A DNA stretch of 64,000 nucleotides, from the NCBI GenBank assembly GCA_026770705.1, contig JANJGN010000034.1:15748001-15812000 (forward strand), given 5' to 3'. This document shows, piece by piece, positions 12,261 through 24,029 of the stretch. Numbering within the stretch: the stretch's first letter is position 1; the number at the start of each line of letters is the position of its first letter. The notes beneath the pieces are model-generated. The model was not told the DNA's origin. It saw only the letters and a list, made by a program, of their open reading frames with translations, and did no database searches. The stretch comes from Isurus oxyrinchus (Eukaryota). Made by a program: the position numbers and the translations under genes.

Positions 12261-13529
12261 GTGATATCTGTACAGGTACATTATCCTGTACTCCCCCCTC
12301 ACTTATTCTGTAAATCAGCTGCTGCTGCTGTCAATATTAACTATCAAAAGGAAATAGGATGAATTATTAAAGGGAAGGATAATTACAGGGAGAAAAAAAA
12401 TTTGAACAATTGATTTGGCCTTGCGACTGATAAAATCATTTCAGAAGCAGGGAGAGATCATTTGTCTCTGAGTGAATGAATTTAAAAGGGGACAAAGTGT
12501 CTCTTCCTCAAACCCATTTCTCGATCTTGTGATTAAAGTGATACAACCCCACCCTCTGCTGTCGGATGGACGCAACTACACAAGCAAAGGAGATCTCACC
12601 AAACATACAGTCAGAGAGCAGGTCAATCAAAAATGACAGGGAAAGAATAGTTCAATATCTTCAGAGGAAAGCTGTAATGTACAGGTCGGGTGAAGTAGAA
12701 ATGAAGTTCTATTTTTGATTGGAAAATCAGGGGAGAGTGCCAGCGCAGTACCCCCACGCCTGGAGTCACATCTCGACCAGACTGGGTAAGGTTGGCAGGT
12801 TTCCATCCCTAAAGAGACATCAATGAACCAATTGGGGTTTTACAACAATCCAACAGCTTCATGGTACTTTTATTGCAACTAACTTCAGATTTCCAGATTT
12901 TTATTTAATCAACTCAATTTAAATTCTTTAAGTGCTATGTTGGGATTTGAACTCTCATTCTCCGGAGTATTAGTGTGGTAAGAGAACCATAGCATGACCA
13001 AATCTTCCCCACATGGTACATTTGGTCACTTTACCGCACCTTTCCCCTCCTCCTCCAATACCGACCCTCCTACAGTGCAGCGCTCCCTCAGTACTAACCC
13101 TCTGACAGTACAAAACACTCGCTCAGTACTGAGCCTCGGACAATGCAGCACTCCCACAGTAGGGATGTGGTGTTTTCTGGGAACACTAGGATTTACACAC
13201 TGAGTATTTACGGAGTGGGAATTGGGACACTTAAACTGTGCCCTGTTTACTGAGTGGATCCAGGATCACATGGATTTACAGGACCAGTCGTGAATAGCAG
13301 CAGATTGTTGGAGGGGGAACCGCACAGACTCCAGCGTCTGAATGAGTGACTCCTGTTCCTGGGAACAAACTGAACACTGCAATGGGAAGGAAAGGGCTCA
13401 CTCACACAGACACATTCTATGGTGAAATATTACATAGCATTTCAAACATTCCAATGTAACTACCTGTATCTGCAGCATGATCAAATGTAAGAGCTGAAAA
13501 CACATGCAGTAGTTCAGAAACAGATTTAC

Positions 13530-13568
13530 CTGGTACAGGTGTACTTGGTACAGATGTGTATGACGTCG
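13530..13568 (-). CDS. G2 candidate stalk micro-exon ATSYTSVPSTPVP (can extend in frame to 13464)
   Basis: ttttctttacag|CG ACG...CCA G|gtaaat. 39 nt, phase 1 to 1, S/T/P-rich, located between V and TM. Confidence 0.65.
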
Positions 13569-14724
13569 CTGTAAAGAAAACAACATGTGTTTAATATTTT
13601 GTATGAAACCAACTGAAGAAATATTCAAACACTCTATCGGGCTTTAAGGAAACACATCCTGGGAAGAACGAGACTCGGGTCAAACTGATTGGGAAGGGTC
13701 AGGAACAGGGTTGGCAGAGTGAAAAATCCAAAAGGATTGTATTAACTGTGGTGGGTAGAATGGATGTTTCCCAGAGTTACCCTGAGCAGAATCATTCCCA
13801 GCAGCCTACATCCCCCTGTGGAGAGAATCTCCACAGGATCCTGGGTCTACTGGGATACACTTTCACACTAAGTGCACTGGGTCTTGTAAAGGTTGCCTGA
13901 GAGGTGCGATGGGCCCCACCTCCTGCACCCCAAAATCTGGAGACAAACGGAGCTCTATGCTGGAGAGTGAGTGCAGTTTGATAGCTCCATTAACTCTTTC
14001 CATCACACAGTTTGACAGCTCTGTCCTTCAAGGCTCCATCAGCTTGGTCAGTGATGGTATTACTGACCCACCCTCGGTGATGGACAGTGAAGTCCCAACT
14101 CAGTACATTCTGTGTCCTTGCCACCTCACTGCTTCCTCCAATTGGTGTTCAGCATGGGGGAGTACTGATTCATCAGCTGACGGAGGGCAGTTGGTGATAA
14201 TCAGCAGAAGGTTTCTCGGGTCCATGTTTCACCTGAAGCTGTGAGACTTCATGGGGATCAGAGTCAATGTTGAGGATTTTTGGGACCGCTCCCTCCGGAC
14301 TGTATACCACACCACTGGTGGGTCTGTCCTGCCAGTGGGACAGGACATACCCAGGGATGGTGACAGAGGAGACTGGGATTCAGGCTTAATTCTGTGAGTA
14401 TGACTCTGCCAGACAGCTCTCCCAACTTGGACACCAGTCCCCAGAGGTTAGTGAGGGGACTTTGCAATCTTGACTGGCCTGAGCTTGTCTGTGTTGTTTC
14501 CTGATTCGAGCTTGGGATGAAGCCAATGAGGATTCAGTTTTATTCTATTCTTTTTTTCCAATGGTTTAATATCAATTCATTTTCAACTGCCCTCTTACCT
14601 GCTAGGCCAGTTTAACCAACCAGGTTACTGTGGGACTGGAGTCACATAGAGACCAGATTGGGTAAAGGGACATTCGTGAACCAGCTGGGGTTTTACAACA
14701 ATCCAACAGCTTCAGGGTCACTTT

Positions 14725-17700
14725 AAGACCATAGGACATAGGAGCTATTCGGCCCATTGAGTCTGCTCTGCCATTCAATCATGGCTGATAAGTTTCTCAA
14801 CCCCATTCTCCCGCCTTCTCCCCGTAACCTTTGATCTCCTTACCAATCAAGAACCTATCTATCTTGGTCTTAAATACACTCAGTGACCTGGCCTCCACAG
14901 CCTTCTGTGGCAATGAATTCCATAGATTCACCACTCTCTGGCTAAAGATGTTTCTCCTCATCTCTCTTCTAAAAGGTCTTCCCTTTACTCTGAGGCTGTG
15001 CCCTCGGGTCCTAGTCTCTCCTACTAATGGAAACATCTTTCCCACGTCCATTCTATCCAGGCCTTTCAGTATTCTGTAAGTTTCAATCAGATCCCCCCTC
15101 ATCCTTCTAAACTCCATCGAGTATAGACCCAGAGTCCTCAAACGTTCCTCATATGTTAAGCCTTTCATTCCTGGGTTCGTTCTCGTGAACCTCCTCTGGA
15201 CCATCTCCAGGGCCAGAACATCCTTCCTGAGAAAAGGGGCTCAAAATTACTCACAATATTCTAAATGTGGTCTGACCAGAGCCTTATAAAGCCTCAGCAG
15301 CATATCCCTGCTTTTATATTCCAGTCCTCTCAAAATAAATGCCAACATTGCATTTGCTTTCCTAACTACCGACTCAACCTGCAAGTTAATCTTAAGAGAA
15401 TCTTGGACAGGGACTCCAAAGTCCCTTTGCACTCCAGATTTCTGAATTCTCTCCCCATTTAGAAAATAGTCTATGCCTCTATTCTTCCTACCAAAGTGCA
15501 TGACCTCACACTTCCCCACGTTGTATTCCATCTGCCACTTCTTTGCCCATTCTCCTAACCTGTCCAAATCCTCCTGCAGCCTCCCTGCCTCCTCAATACT
15601 ACCTGTCCCTCCACCTATCTTTGTGTCATCTGCAAACTTAGCCAGGATGCCCTCGGTTCCTTCATCTAGATCATTAATGTATAAAGTGAAAAGTTGTGGT
15701 CCCAACACTGACCCCTGCGGAACTCCACTAATCACCAACTGCCATCCTGAGAAGGACCCCCTTATCCCCACTCTCTGCCTCCTGCCAGACAGCCAATCTT
15801 CTATCCATGCTAGTACCTTGCCTCTAACACCTGGGCTCTTATCTTACTGAGCAGCCTCCTGTGCGGCACCTTGTCAAAGGCCTTCTGGAAGTTCAAGAAG
15901 ATAACATCCAATGGCTCTCCTTTGTCTAACCTACTCGTTACCACCTCAAAGAATTCTAACAGATTTGTCAGGCATGACTTCCCCTTGATGAAACCATTGC
16001 TGACTTTGCCATTTTTTACCACGCACTTCCAAGTATTCTGAAATCTCATCCTTAATGGACTCTAAAATCTTACCAACGACCGAGGTCAGGCTAAACGGCC
16101 TGTCATTTCCTGTCTTTTGCCTCACTCCCTTCTTAAACAGAGGGGTTACATTAGCGATTTTCCAGTCCTCTGGGACCCTCCCTGACTCCAGTGATTCCTA
16201 AAAGATCACCACTAATGCCTCCACTATCTCTTCAGCTATCTCCTTCAGAACTCTGGGGTGTAATCCATCTGCTTCCGGTGATTTATCCACCTTCAGACCT
16301 TTCAGTTTTCCTAGCACCTTCTCCTTGGTAATGGCCACCATACACACCTCTGCCCCCCCGACTCACTTGAACTTGGGGGATGTCACTCGTGTCTTCCACC
16401 ATGAAGACTGACACAAAGTACCCATTCAGTTCCTCCGCCATTTCTTTGTTCCCCACTACCACTTCTCCAGCGTCATTTTCCAGCAGCCCAAAGTCCACTT
16501 TTGCCTCTCTCTTACCCTTTATGTATATAAAAAATCTCTTGCTAACTTCTTTTATATTACTGGCTAGTTTACCCTCATATTTAATCTTTTCCCTCCTTAT
16601 TTCTTTTTTAGTTATCCTCTGTTGGTCTTTGTAGGCTTCCCAATTCCCTAGTTTCCCACTGCTCTTCACCGCATTGTATGCTTTCTCTTTAGCTTTTATG
16701 CTGTCCCTGACTTCCCTTGTCAGCCATGGTTGCCTTGTCCTCCTTTACTATGCTTCTTCTTCCTAGGGATGAATTTTTGCTGTGTCTCCCAGAAACTCCT
16801 GCCATTGCTGTTCCACTGTCTTTCCAGCTAGGCTCATCTCCCAGTCAATTCTGGCCAGCTCCTCCCTCATGCCTCTGTAGTTGCCTTTATTCAACTGTAA
16901 TACCGTTACATCTGATTCCAGCTTTGTCCTCTCAAATTGCAGGGTAAATTCTATCATATTATGGTCACTTCCTCCTAAGGGCTCCTTCACCTTAAGCTCC
17001 CTTATCAAATCTGCCTCATTACACATCACTAAATCTGGAATTGCCTATTCCCTAGTGGGCTCCACCACAAGCTGCTCCAAAAAGCCATCTCGTAGACATT
17101 CTACAAATTCCTTTTCTTGGGATCCACTACTAACCTGATTTTTCCAGTCTACCTGCGTATTGAAATCCCCCATGATCACTGTAACCATGCCTTTCTTACA
17201 CGCCTTTACTAACTCCTGGTGTATCTTGTCCCCCACATCCTGATTACTGTTCGGAGGCCTGTACATAACTCCCATTATGGTTTTTTTACCTTTGCGGTTC
17301 CTCAACTCTACCCATACAGATTCTGCATCATCTGACCCTACGTCATTTCTTGCTATCGATTCAATTTCATTTCTTACTAACAAAGCAAACCCACCCCCTC
17401 TGCCAACCTGCCTATCTTTTCAATAGGATGCATATCCTTGGATATTTCGCTCCCAGTCCTGATCCGCTTGCAGCCATGTCTCCGTGATGCCCACCCTATC
17501 ATACCTGCCAATTTCAATCCACGCCACAAGCTCATTTACCTTATTTTGTATAATGCGTACATTCAGATACAACACCTTCAGTCCTGCATTTCCCATCCCC
17601 TTTCTCATTGTCGTCCCTTTATTTGATGTGCTTGAAGTTAGATTCCTAGCCCTTTCCAAACACTCTGTCCTATTTTGTGTTCTGGGGACTTTAATAGCCT

Positions 17701-17985
17701 CTCCTGGGCTCTCCTTTTTTTTCAGTTTTTTCATAATTTTCCATGAAGTTGAATCCACACCACCACCGCCCCCCCTCACCACTAACCTGCTGCTTTGTTT
17801 CCCGTTAGTCATACTTCTTGGTGTTTTACCCTCCCCACCCTCCACTTTCTAGTTTAAACTTCTGTTGACCACCCTATTTACCCTTTTCGCTAGAATACTG
17901 GTCCCAGATCAGATCAGGTGGAGACCGTCCCAATGGTACAGATCTCTCCTGTTCCACTACTGATGCCAGTGCCCCACGAAATGGT
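14725..17985 (-). mobile_element. CR1-type LINE, 5'-truncated, inserted into a SINE
   Basis: SGVPQGSVLGPQLFTLYINDL, KFADDTK, GITETW, MGDFN motifs. 3' tail gctcctatgtcctatggtctta. Confidence 0.95.
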
Positions 17986-18171
17986 TTATTGGAACTAACT
18001 TTATATTTCAAGGTTTGTATTTAATAAACAATTTAAATTCTGGTAGTGCCATGGTGGGATTTGAACTCTCATCTTCTGGATTATTAGTCCAGGCCTCTGC
18101 ATTTCTAGTCTAGTAACTGAACTACCAAACCCGTACAGAGATTAAATACAGAATACCTGAATACCTCTCAC

Positions 18172-18516
18172 CTGTCACAGAAAGATGGATGATATCAGTT
18201 TGCTCCCATTTATAACCCACAGCTATCCTTTTGTAAATGTGACACTGATACTGGTTCTGGTCTGACTCCCTGAGGTCAGAGATCAGAACTGACCAGTTGC
18301 CTTGTTCCAGTTGATCTTTGAACAGGTTTGTTCTGTTTCTGAATCGTGGGTCTTGTTCTGTCAAATCGTCGTTCCCAACGATGAACTTGTGTAAATTTTC
18401 ACTCTTGGCTGTATCCCAGATTACCAGTAAATTAGAGACTGGGGCAGTCCCTTTGGAGGTACAGGGCAGCACAACCTGCTCCCCAAAGAATCCAGAAACT
18501 GGGACAGGCGAGTCAC
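18172..18516 (-). CDS. G2 IgV exon, B7/butyrophilin-type V-set domain (open frame)
   Basis: ttttccag|GT GAC...ACA G|gtgag, 345 nt, phase 1 to 1. LPC...IW...EQDPRFRNRTNLFKDQLEQGNWSVLISDLRESDQNQYQC matches the CD276/VTCN1/BTN/MOG V-set signature. Confidence 0.92.
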
Positions 18517-19473
18517 CTGGAAAAGATTGAAAGTATTTATCCACAGATATAACCTCCCTGCTGGTACATCACATCCCAAGCTTCACATGGTTACACTGTG
18601 GTGCTTGATTTGCAATAAGCACTGATTAGTAACTCACTGCTTTCATTTCTGTGGGACGGTTAAAGCTAAGGCATTAAGGGCCTTCAACTAAATCCACATG
18701 TGCTGGATATTTGTAAGCACAGAGCAGCTGGACAGCACTTTGAATAACGTATCTCATTCATACACATGCTGGGAGAACAGATCAGGATATTGGTCACCTC
18801 CCCTTGGGAGAAAAATCACAGACTGGGGTTGCACAATACGAGGTGGAGCTCAGGAACAGAAATCTGACCCTGAAACGTAAAGACAGGAATGGGTGGGGGA
18901 AGGGGGTACCCAGGAAGCTGGAAAGGGTTTTGGATTGGTTGGGGAACAGTGACGGACGAATGCACCGTGTAGGGGGTGATGCAGAACCTGATTGTCTGAA
19001 AGGGGCTGTGGCAATATGGATCCTCACCTCCCTCCACCACGAACATGTCAGGCCTTGCTCCTCCCCCAATACGGCCAGACTCTGCCCCCTCCCAGGACCC
19101 AAAGCCCAGTTCCCAGTCCTGAAGTCCCTACTCCAAATCAATTCGCAGCTCCAACCAATCCCCAGCTCTAGTTGATCCCAGGAATGTCCCAGACTCCTGA
19201 TCCCAGTGCTCAGGGTACCATCCCAGGCCCACTGGATACCAGTCACCCATTGCAGTATCACCGAGTGATGCTCAGTGTCCCACAGTTCACATCACATGGA
19301 TTAATCTAAACACATTAACTGCCTCCCGTCCAGCTCTCAGGATCATGATGTGTGATGTGAACCTAATGTGTCCACTCCCTCAATGGCTCCACTTGCAGTA
19401 CACACAGCTCCTTAAAGCAAGATGAATTCCTGATTCCCCCACCCTTTGATCACTGAAATGTTCCAGCAATCAT

Positions 19474-19528
19474 CTGAAACAGCAGCTGCAACATTGAGCA
19501 GCAGCAGTAGTTTCTGTAAGTTGTGTCT
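19474..19528 (-). pseudogene. G2 leader exon with lost splice donor (RHNLQKLLLLLNVAAAVS)
   Basis: Acceptor ttgtag is present. After TCAG the sequence reads atgattgc instead of gtaagtgctgtgactgc. No phase-1 GT occurs before the in-frame TAA. Confidence 0.7.
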
Positions 19529-19656
19529 CTACAACAGGAAAACACAGTTAGCCCCTTTACAACAGATTCACTTCCTCATCTGATTGAGGAGGGGCCTGGG
19601 CCGAGTTAAGCGCCTGCGTGGGTTTATGACCCGCCCCTTGAAGATGGACAGGGGAC

Positions 19657-19707
19657 GCGCATGCGCCTCGGAACTGGAGAAAGGGCCCGGGAGAGGAGCA
19701 TGCGCAC
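19657..19707. promoter_or_regulatory. Two NRF1-like GCGCATGCGC motifs in a CpG-rich stretch (mirror 38000-38050; related motif ~58152)
   Basis: gcgcatgcgc at 19657-19666 and gcatgcgcac at 19698-19707. Confidence 0.5.
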
Positions 19708-19865
19708 TGAGGCCGAGTTAAACAGTTTTCTCCCTCCCGATCTTAGTTCCATTTTTTAATGTTTATCGCGGATCAGTTCAGTTTGCTTTTTCCCCACATT
19801 TCACCCGCATCCAACATCCAACCCCCACCCCCCCACCCCACCCACCCCACCCCAACACCCGGTAC

Positions 19866-19883
19866 CCGCAGCTCCTTTCCCAT
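19866..19883 (-). CDS. G2 candidate first micro-exon MGKELR
   Basis: ATG GGA AAG GAG CTG CGG|gtaccg, paralogous to the MEKELQ exon. The donor is weak. Confidence 0.4.
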
Positions 19884-20054
19884 CCATTCGGGTCCACACC
19901 GGGATCAGGGAGAGACCAGTGGGGGGAGATCCCGGTTGATTTTCTGGGTGTGATATAGAAATTCACCCGGGGGGCGGGGGGGTTCTCGCTCTTACCGACT
20001 CCGCTCCGGTAACGTTAAACACAGAAAGTGAAACAAAACAGCGCAGTAAATCCT

Positions 20055-20318
20055 GCCTCCTTCATCCTCTCATTGGACACAGAACAGCAACCCCCGCCTT
20101 CCTCATCCTCTGATTGGATAGACAAGAACTCCCGCCTTCCTCATCCTCTCATTGGACACAGAACAGCAACTCCCGCCTTCCCCATCCTCTGATTGGATAG
20201 ACAAGAACTCCCGCCTTCCTCATCCTCTCATTGGACACAGAACAGCAACTCCCGCCTTCCCCATCCTTTGATTGGATAGACAACAAGAACTCCCGCCTTC
20301 CCCATCCTCTCATTGGAC
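20055..20318. repeat. 38-41-bp tandem array with a CCAAT box in each unit and a CCCGCC box in most (7 units)
   Basis: ctcccgccttcctcatcctctcattggacacagaacagcaa alternates with a ...tgattggatagacaagaa variant. Confidence 0.9.
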
Positions 20319-20333
20319 ATTATTCCAGACGGA

Positions 20334-21602
20334 AATGAAAACAAAGAAAACTGCGGATGCTGGAAATCTAAAACAAAAACAGAATTACCTGGAAAAACTC
20401 AGTAGGTCTGGCAGCATCGGCGGAGAAGAAAAGAGTTGACGTTTCGAGTCCTCATGACCCTTCGACAGAACTTGATTTCGAGTCCAGGAAAGAGTTGAAA
20501 TATAAGCTGGTTTAAGGTGTGTGGGGTGGGGGGGGGGGGGAAGGAGAGAGAGAGAGAGAGAGACAGAGGTGCTTGTGTAGACAAACAAGCAGTGATAGAA
20601 GCAGATCATCAAAAGATGTCAGTAACAATGGTGCAAAAGAACACATAGGTGTTAAAGTTAAAGTTGGTGATATTATCTAAACGAATGTGCTAATTAAGAA
20701 TGGATGGTAGGGCACTCAAGGTACAGCTCTAGTGGGGGTGGGGGGAGCATAAAGGATTTTAAAATATTTAAAAATAATGGAAATAGGTGGGAAAAGAAAA
20801 ATCTATAAAATTTATAGGGAAAAAAAAGGGGGAAAAAAAGGGGGAAACAGAAAGGGGGTGGGGATGGGGGAGGGAGCTCACGACCTAAAGTTATTGAATT
20901 CAATATTCAGACCGGAAGGCTGTAAGGTGCCTAGTCGGAAGATGAGGTGTTGTTCCTCCAGTTTGCGTTGGGCTTCACTGGAACAATGCAGTAAGCCAAG
21001 GACAGACATGTGGGCAAGAGAGCAGGGTGGAGTGTTAAAATGGCAAGCCACAGGGAGGTTTGGGTCATTCTTGCGGACAGACCGCAGGTGTTCTGCAAAG
21101 CGGTCGCCCAGTTTACGTTTGGTCTCTCCAATGTAGAGGAGACCACATTGGGAGCAACGAATGCAGTAGACTAAGTTGGGGGAAATGCAAGTGAAATGCT
21201 GCTTCACTTGAAAGGAATGTTTGGGCCCTTGGACGGTGAGGAGAGAGGAAGTGAAGGGGCAGGTGTTACATCTTTTGCGTGGGCATGGGGTGGTGCCATA
21301 GGAGGGGGTTGAGGAGTAGGGGGTGATGGAGGAGTGGACCAGGGTGTCCCGGAGGGAGCGATCCCTACGGAATGCCGATAAGGGGGGTGAAGGGAAGATG
21401 TGTTTGGTGGTGGCATCATGCTGGAGTTGGCGGAAATGGCGGAGGATGATCCTTTGAATGCGGAGGCTGGTGGGGTGATAAGTGAGGACAAGGGGGACCC
21501 TATCATGTTTCTGGGAGGGAGGAGAAGGCGTGAGGGCGGATGCGCGGGAGATGGGCCGGACACGGTTGAGGGCCCTGTCAACGACCGTGGGTGGAAAGAC
21601 GG
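20334..21602 (-). mobile_element. Arm-A-specific, 5'-truncated Penelope-like element (GIY-YIG region plus pLTR) with 15-bp TSD
   Basis: attattccagacgga at 20319-20333 and 21603-21617. Empty site in arm B (~37449-37463). ORF 20878-21207 contains LVYCIRC...LYIGET. Confidence 0.93.
20434..20472 (-). ncRNA. Minimal type I hammerhead ribozyme motif
   Basis: AGUU CUGUCGA A GGGUC augag GACUC GAAAC GUC AACU: stem I, stem II and palindromic ACGU stem III. Confidence 0.75.
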
Positions 21603-21928
21603 ATTATTCCAGACGGATTCTCCATCGCCATTGGTCTCTGACCTGTCATCAGATAAAACCATAAGAAAGCGGGTTTTAGTAAACACCTTGTCAAACACCA
21701 GGACGGAAATGGAAAGCAAAGAAGGTGAACAAGGCAACAGAGAGATACGGAAATCTTGTCGCAGAGAGGAACAGAACTTCTTCAAGGAGGTAGGCATTTC
21801 TTGAAGAGCAGTGGCAGTCAATTAAACACAGATAAAACAAAAAAACTGCGGATGCTGGAAATCCAAAACAAAAACAGAATTACCAGGAAAAACTCAGCAG
21901 GTCTGGCAGCATCGGCGAAGAAGAAAAG

Positions 21929-21967
21929 AGTTGACGTTTCGAGTCCTCATGACCCTTCGACAGAACT
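21929..21967 (-). ncRNA. Minimal hammerhead ribozyme motif in the PLE pLTR
   Basis: Same sequence as 20434-20472. Confidence 0.75.
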
Positions 21968-22359
21968 TGATTTCGAGTCCAAGAAAGAGTTGAAATATAA
22001 GCTGGTTTAAGGTGTGTGTGTGGGGGGCGGAGAGAGAGAGAGAGACAGAGGTGCTTGTGTAGACAAACAAGCAGTGAGAGAAGCAGATCATCAAAAGATG
22101 TCAGTGACAATGGTACAAAAGAACACATAGGTGTTAAAGTTAAAGTTGGTGATATTATCTAAACGAATGTGCTAATTAAGAATGGATGGTAGGGCACTCA
22201 AGGTACAGCTCTAGTGGGGGTGGGGGGAGCATAAAAGATTTTAAAATATTTAAAAATAATGGAAATAGGTGGGAAAAGAAAAATCTATAAAATTTATAGG
22301 GAAAAAAACAAGGGGAAAAAAGGGGGAAACAGAAAGGGGGTGGGGATGGGGGAGGGAGC

Positions 22360-23589
22360 TCACGACCTAAAGTTGTTGAATTCAATATTCAGACCGGAAG
22401 GCTGTAAGGTGCCTAGTCGGAAGATGAGGTGTTGTTCCTCCAGTTTGCGTTGGGCTTCACTGGAACAATGCAGTAAGCCAAGGACAGACATGTGGGCAAG
22501 AGAGCAGGGTGGAGTGTTAAAATGGCAAGCGACAGGGAGGTTTGGGTCATTCTTGCGGACAGACCGCAGGTGTTCTGCAAAGCGGTCGCCCAGTTTACGT
22601 TTGGTCTCTCCAATGTAGAGGAGACCACATTGGGAGCAACGAATGCAGTAGACTAAGTTGGGGGAAATGCAAGTGAAATGCTGCTTCACTTGAAAGGAGT
22701 GTTTGGGCCCTTGGACGGTGAGGAGAGAGGAAGTGAAGGGGCAGGTGTTACATCTTTTGCGTGGGCATGGGGTGGTGCCATAGGAGGGGGTTGAGGAGTA
22801 GGGGGTGATGGAGGAGTGGACCAGGGTGTCCCGGAGGGAGCGATCCCTACGGAATGCCGATAAGGGGGGTGAAGGAAAGATGTGTTTGGTGGTGGCATCA
22901 TGCTGGAGTTGGCGGAAATGGCGGAGGATGATCCTTTGAATGCGGAGGCTGGTGGGGTGATAAGTGAGGACAAGGGGGACCCTATCATGTTTCTGGGAGG
23001 GAGGAGAAGGCGTGAGGGCGGATGCGCGGGAGATGGGCCGGACACGGTTGAGGGCCCTGTCAACGACCGTGGGTGGAAAACCTCGGTTAAGGAAGAAGGA
23101 GGACATGTCAGAGGAACCGTTTTTGAAGGTAGCATCATCGGAACAGATGCGACGAAGGCGAAGGAACTGGGAGAATGGGATGGAGTCCTTACAGGAAGCG
23201 GGGTGTGAGGAGCTGTAGTCGAGGTAGCTGTGGGAGTCGGTGGGTTTGTAATGGGTATTGGTGGACAGTCTATCACCAGAGATAGAGACAGAGAGGTCAA
23301 GGAAGGGAAGGGAAGTGTCAGAGATGGACCACGTGAAAATGATGGAGGGGTGGAGATTGGAAGCAAAATTAATAAATTTTTCCAAGTCCCGACGAGAGCA
23401 TGAAGCGGCACCGAAGTAATCATCGATGTACCGGAGAAAAAGTTGTGGAAGGGGGCCGGGGTAGGACTGCAACAAGGAATGTTCCACATATCCCATAAAG
23501 AGACAGGCATAGCTGGGGCCCATGCGGGTACCCAGAGCCACACCTTTTATTTGGAGAAAGTGAGAGGAGTTGAAGGAGAAATTGTTCAA
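22360..23589 (-). CDS. Penelope-like RT plus GIY-YIG endonuclease (partial; upstream TAA at ~23641-23643)
   Basis: 409-aa ORF with YIDD catalytic motif and GIY-YIG core. Confidence 0.9.
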   Translation of the reverse strand: MNNFSFNSSHFLQIKGVALGTRMGPSYACLFMGYVEHSLLQSYPGPLPQLFLRYIDDYFGAASCSRRDLEKFINFASNLHPSIIFTWSISDTSLPFLDLSVSISGDRLSTNTHYKPTDSHSYLDYSSSHPASCKDSIPFSQFLRLRRICSDDATFKNGSSDMSSFFLNRGFPPTVVDRALNRVRPISRASALTPSPPSQKHDRVPLVLTYHPTSLRIQRIILRHFRQLQHDATTKHIFPSPPLSAFRRDRSLRDTLVHSSITPYSSTPSYGTTPCPRKRCNTCPFTSSLLTVQGPKHSFQVKQHFTCISPNLVYCIRCSQCGLLYIGETKRKLGDRFAEHLRSVRKNDPNLPVACHFNTPPCSLAHMSVLGLLHCSSEAQRKLEEQHLIFRLGTLQPSGLNIEFNNFRS

Positions 23590-24029
23590 TGTGAGAACAA
23601 GTTCAGCCAGACGGAGGAGAGTAGTGGTGGATGGGGATTGTTAGGGCCTCTGTTCGAGGAAGAAGCTAAGGGCCCTCAGACCATCCTGGTGGGGGATGGA
23701 GGTGTAGAGGGATTGGACGTCCATGGTGAAGAGGAAGCGGTTGGAGCCAGGGAACTGGAAATTGTTGATGTGACGTAAGGTGTCAGAGGAATCACGGATG
23801 TAGGTGGGAAGGGACTGGACAAGGGGAGAGAGAAGGGAGTCAAGATAACGAGAAACCTGTTCCTGCGTTAACTGGTTTCATTCAGATAAACCCAGAGTCT
23901 GGTTCCTGTATTAAAGGGGTTCAGTCAGATAAACCCAGAGTCCCGTTCCTGTATTAAAGGGGTTTATCCAGGAGATGGTGAGGTGAATAAAGGTCAGTAT
24001 TGCAGGGAATCCTTTGAATAACTGTGAAA

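Larger units (their letters stand above)
21664..23855 (-). mobile_element. Neptune-type Penelope-like retroelement (RT C-half, Cys linker, GIY-YIG, pLTR and restart of the ORF N-terminus)
   Basis: MDVQSLYTSIP, GVALGTRMGPSYA, RYIDD, CPRKRCNTC, LVYCIRC..YIGET..RFAEH..GLN. MPTSLKKFCSSLRQDFR follows the pLTR (partial tandem structure). Confidence 0.95.

Noticed and set aside
18172-18516. V exons as rearranging Ig, TCR or IgNAR segments
   Set aside because: Each includes its own G strand and ends in a splice donor, no heptamer-nonamer RSS is seen, and the motif is B7/BTN-type.
18122-18544. ORF-track starts MDKYFQSFPG and MDKCFQSFPG as true N-termini
   Set aside because: They begin at GTG inside the intron's acceptor region. 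The exon begins after ttccag.
22686-23543. 285-aa Pro/Ser-rich ORF and antisense ORFs over the PLE
   Set aside because: Alternate frames of the RT/GIY-YIG coding sequence.
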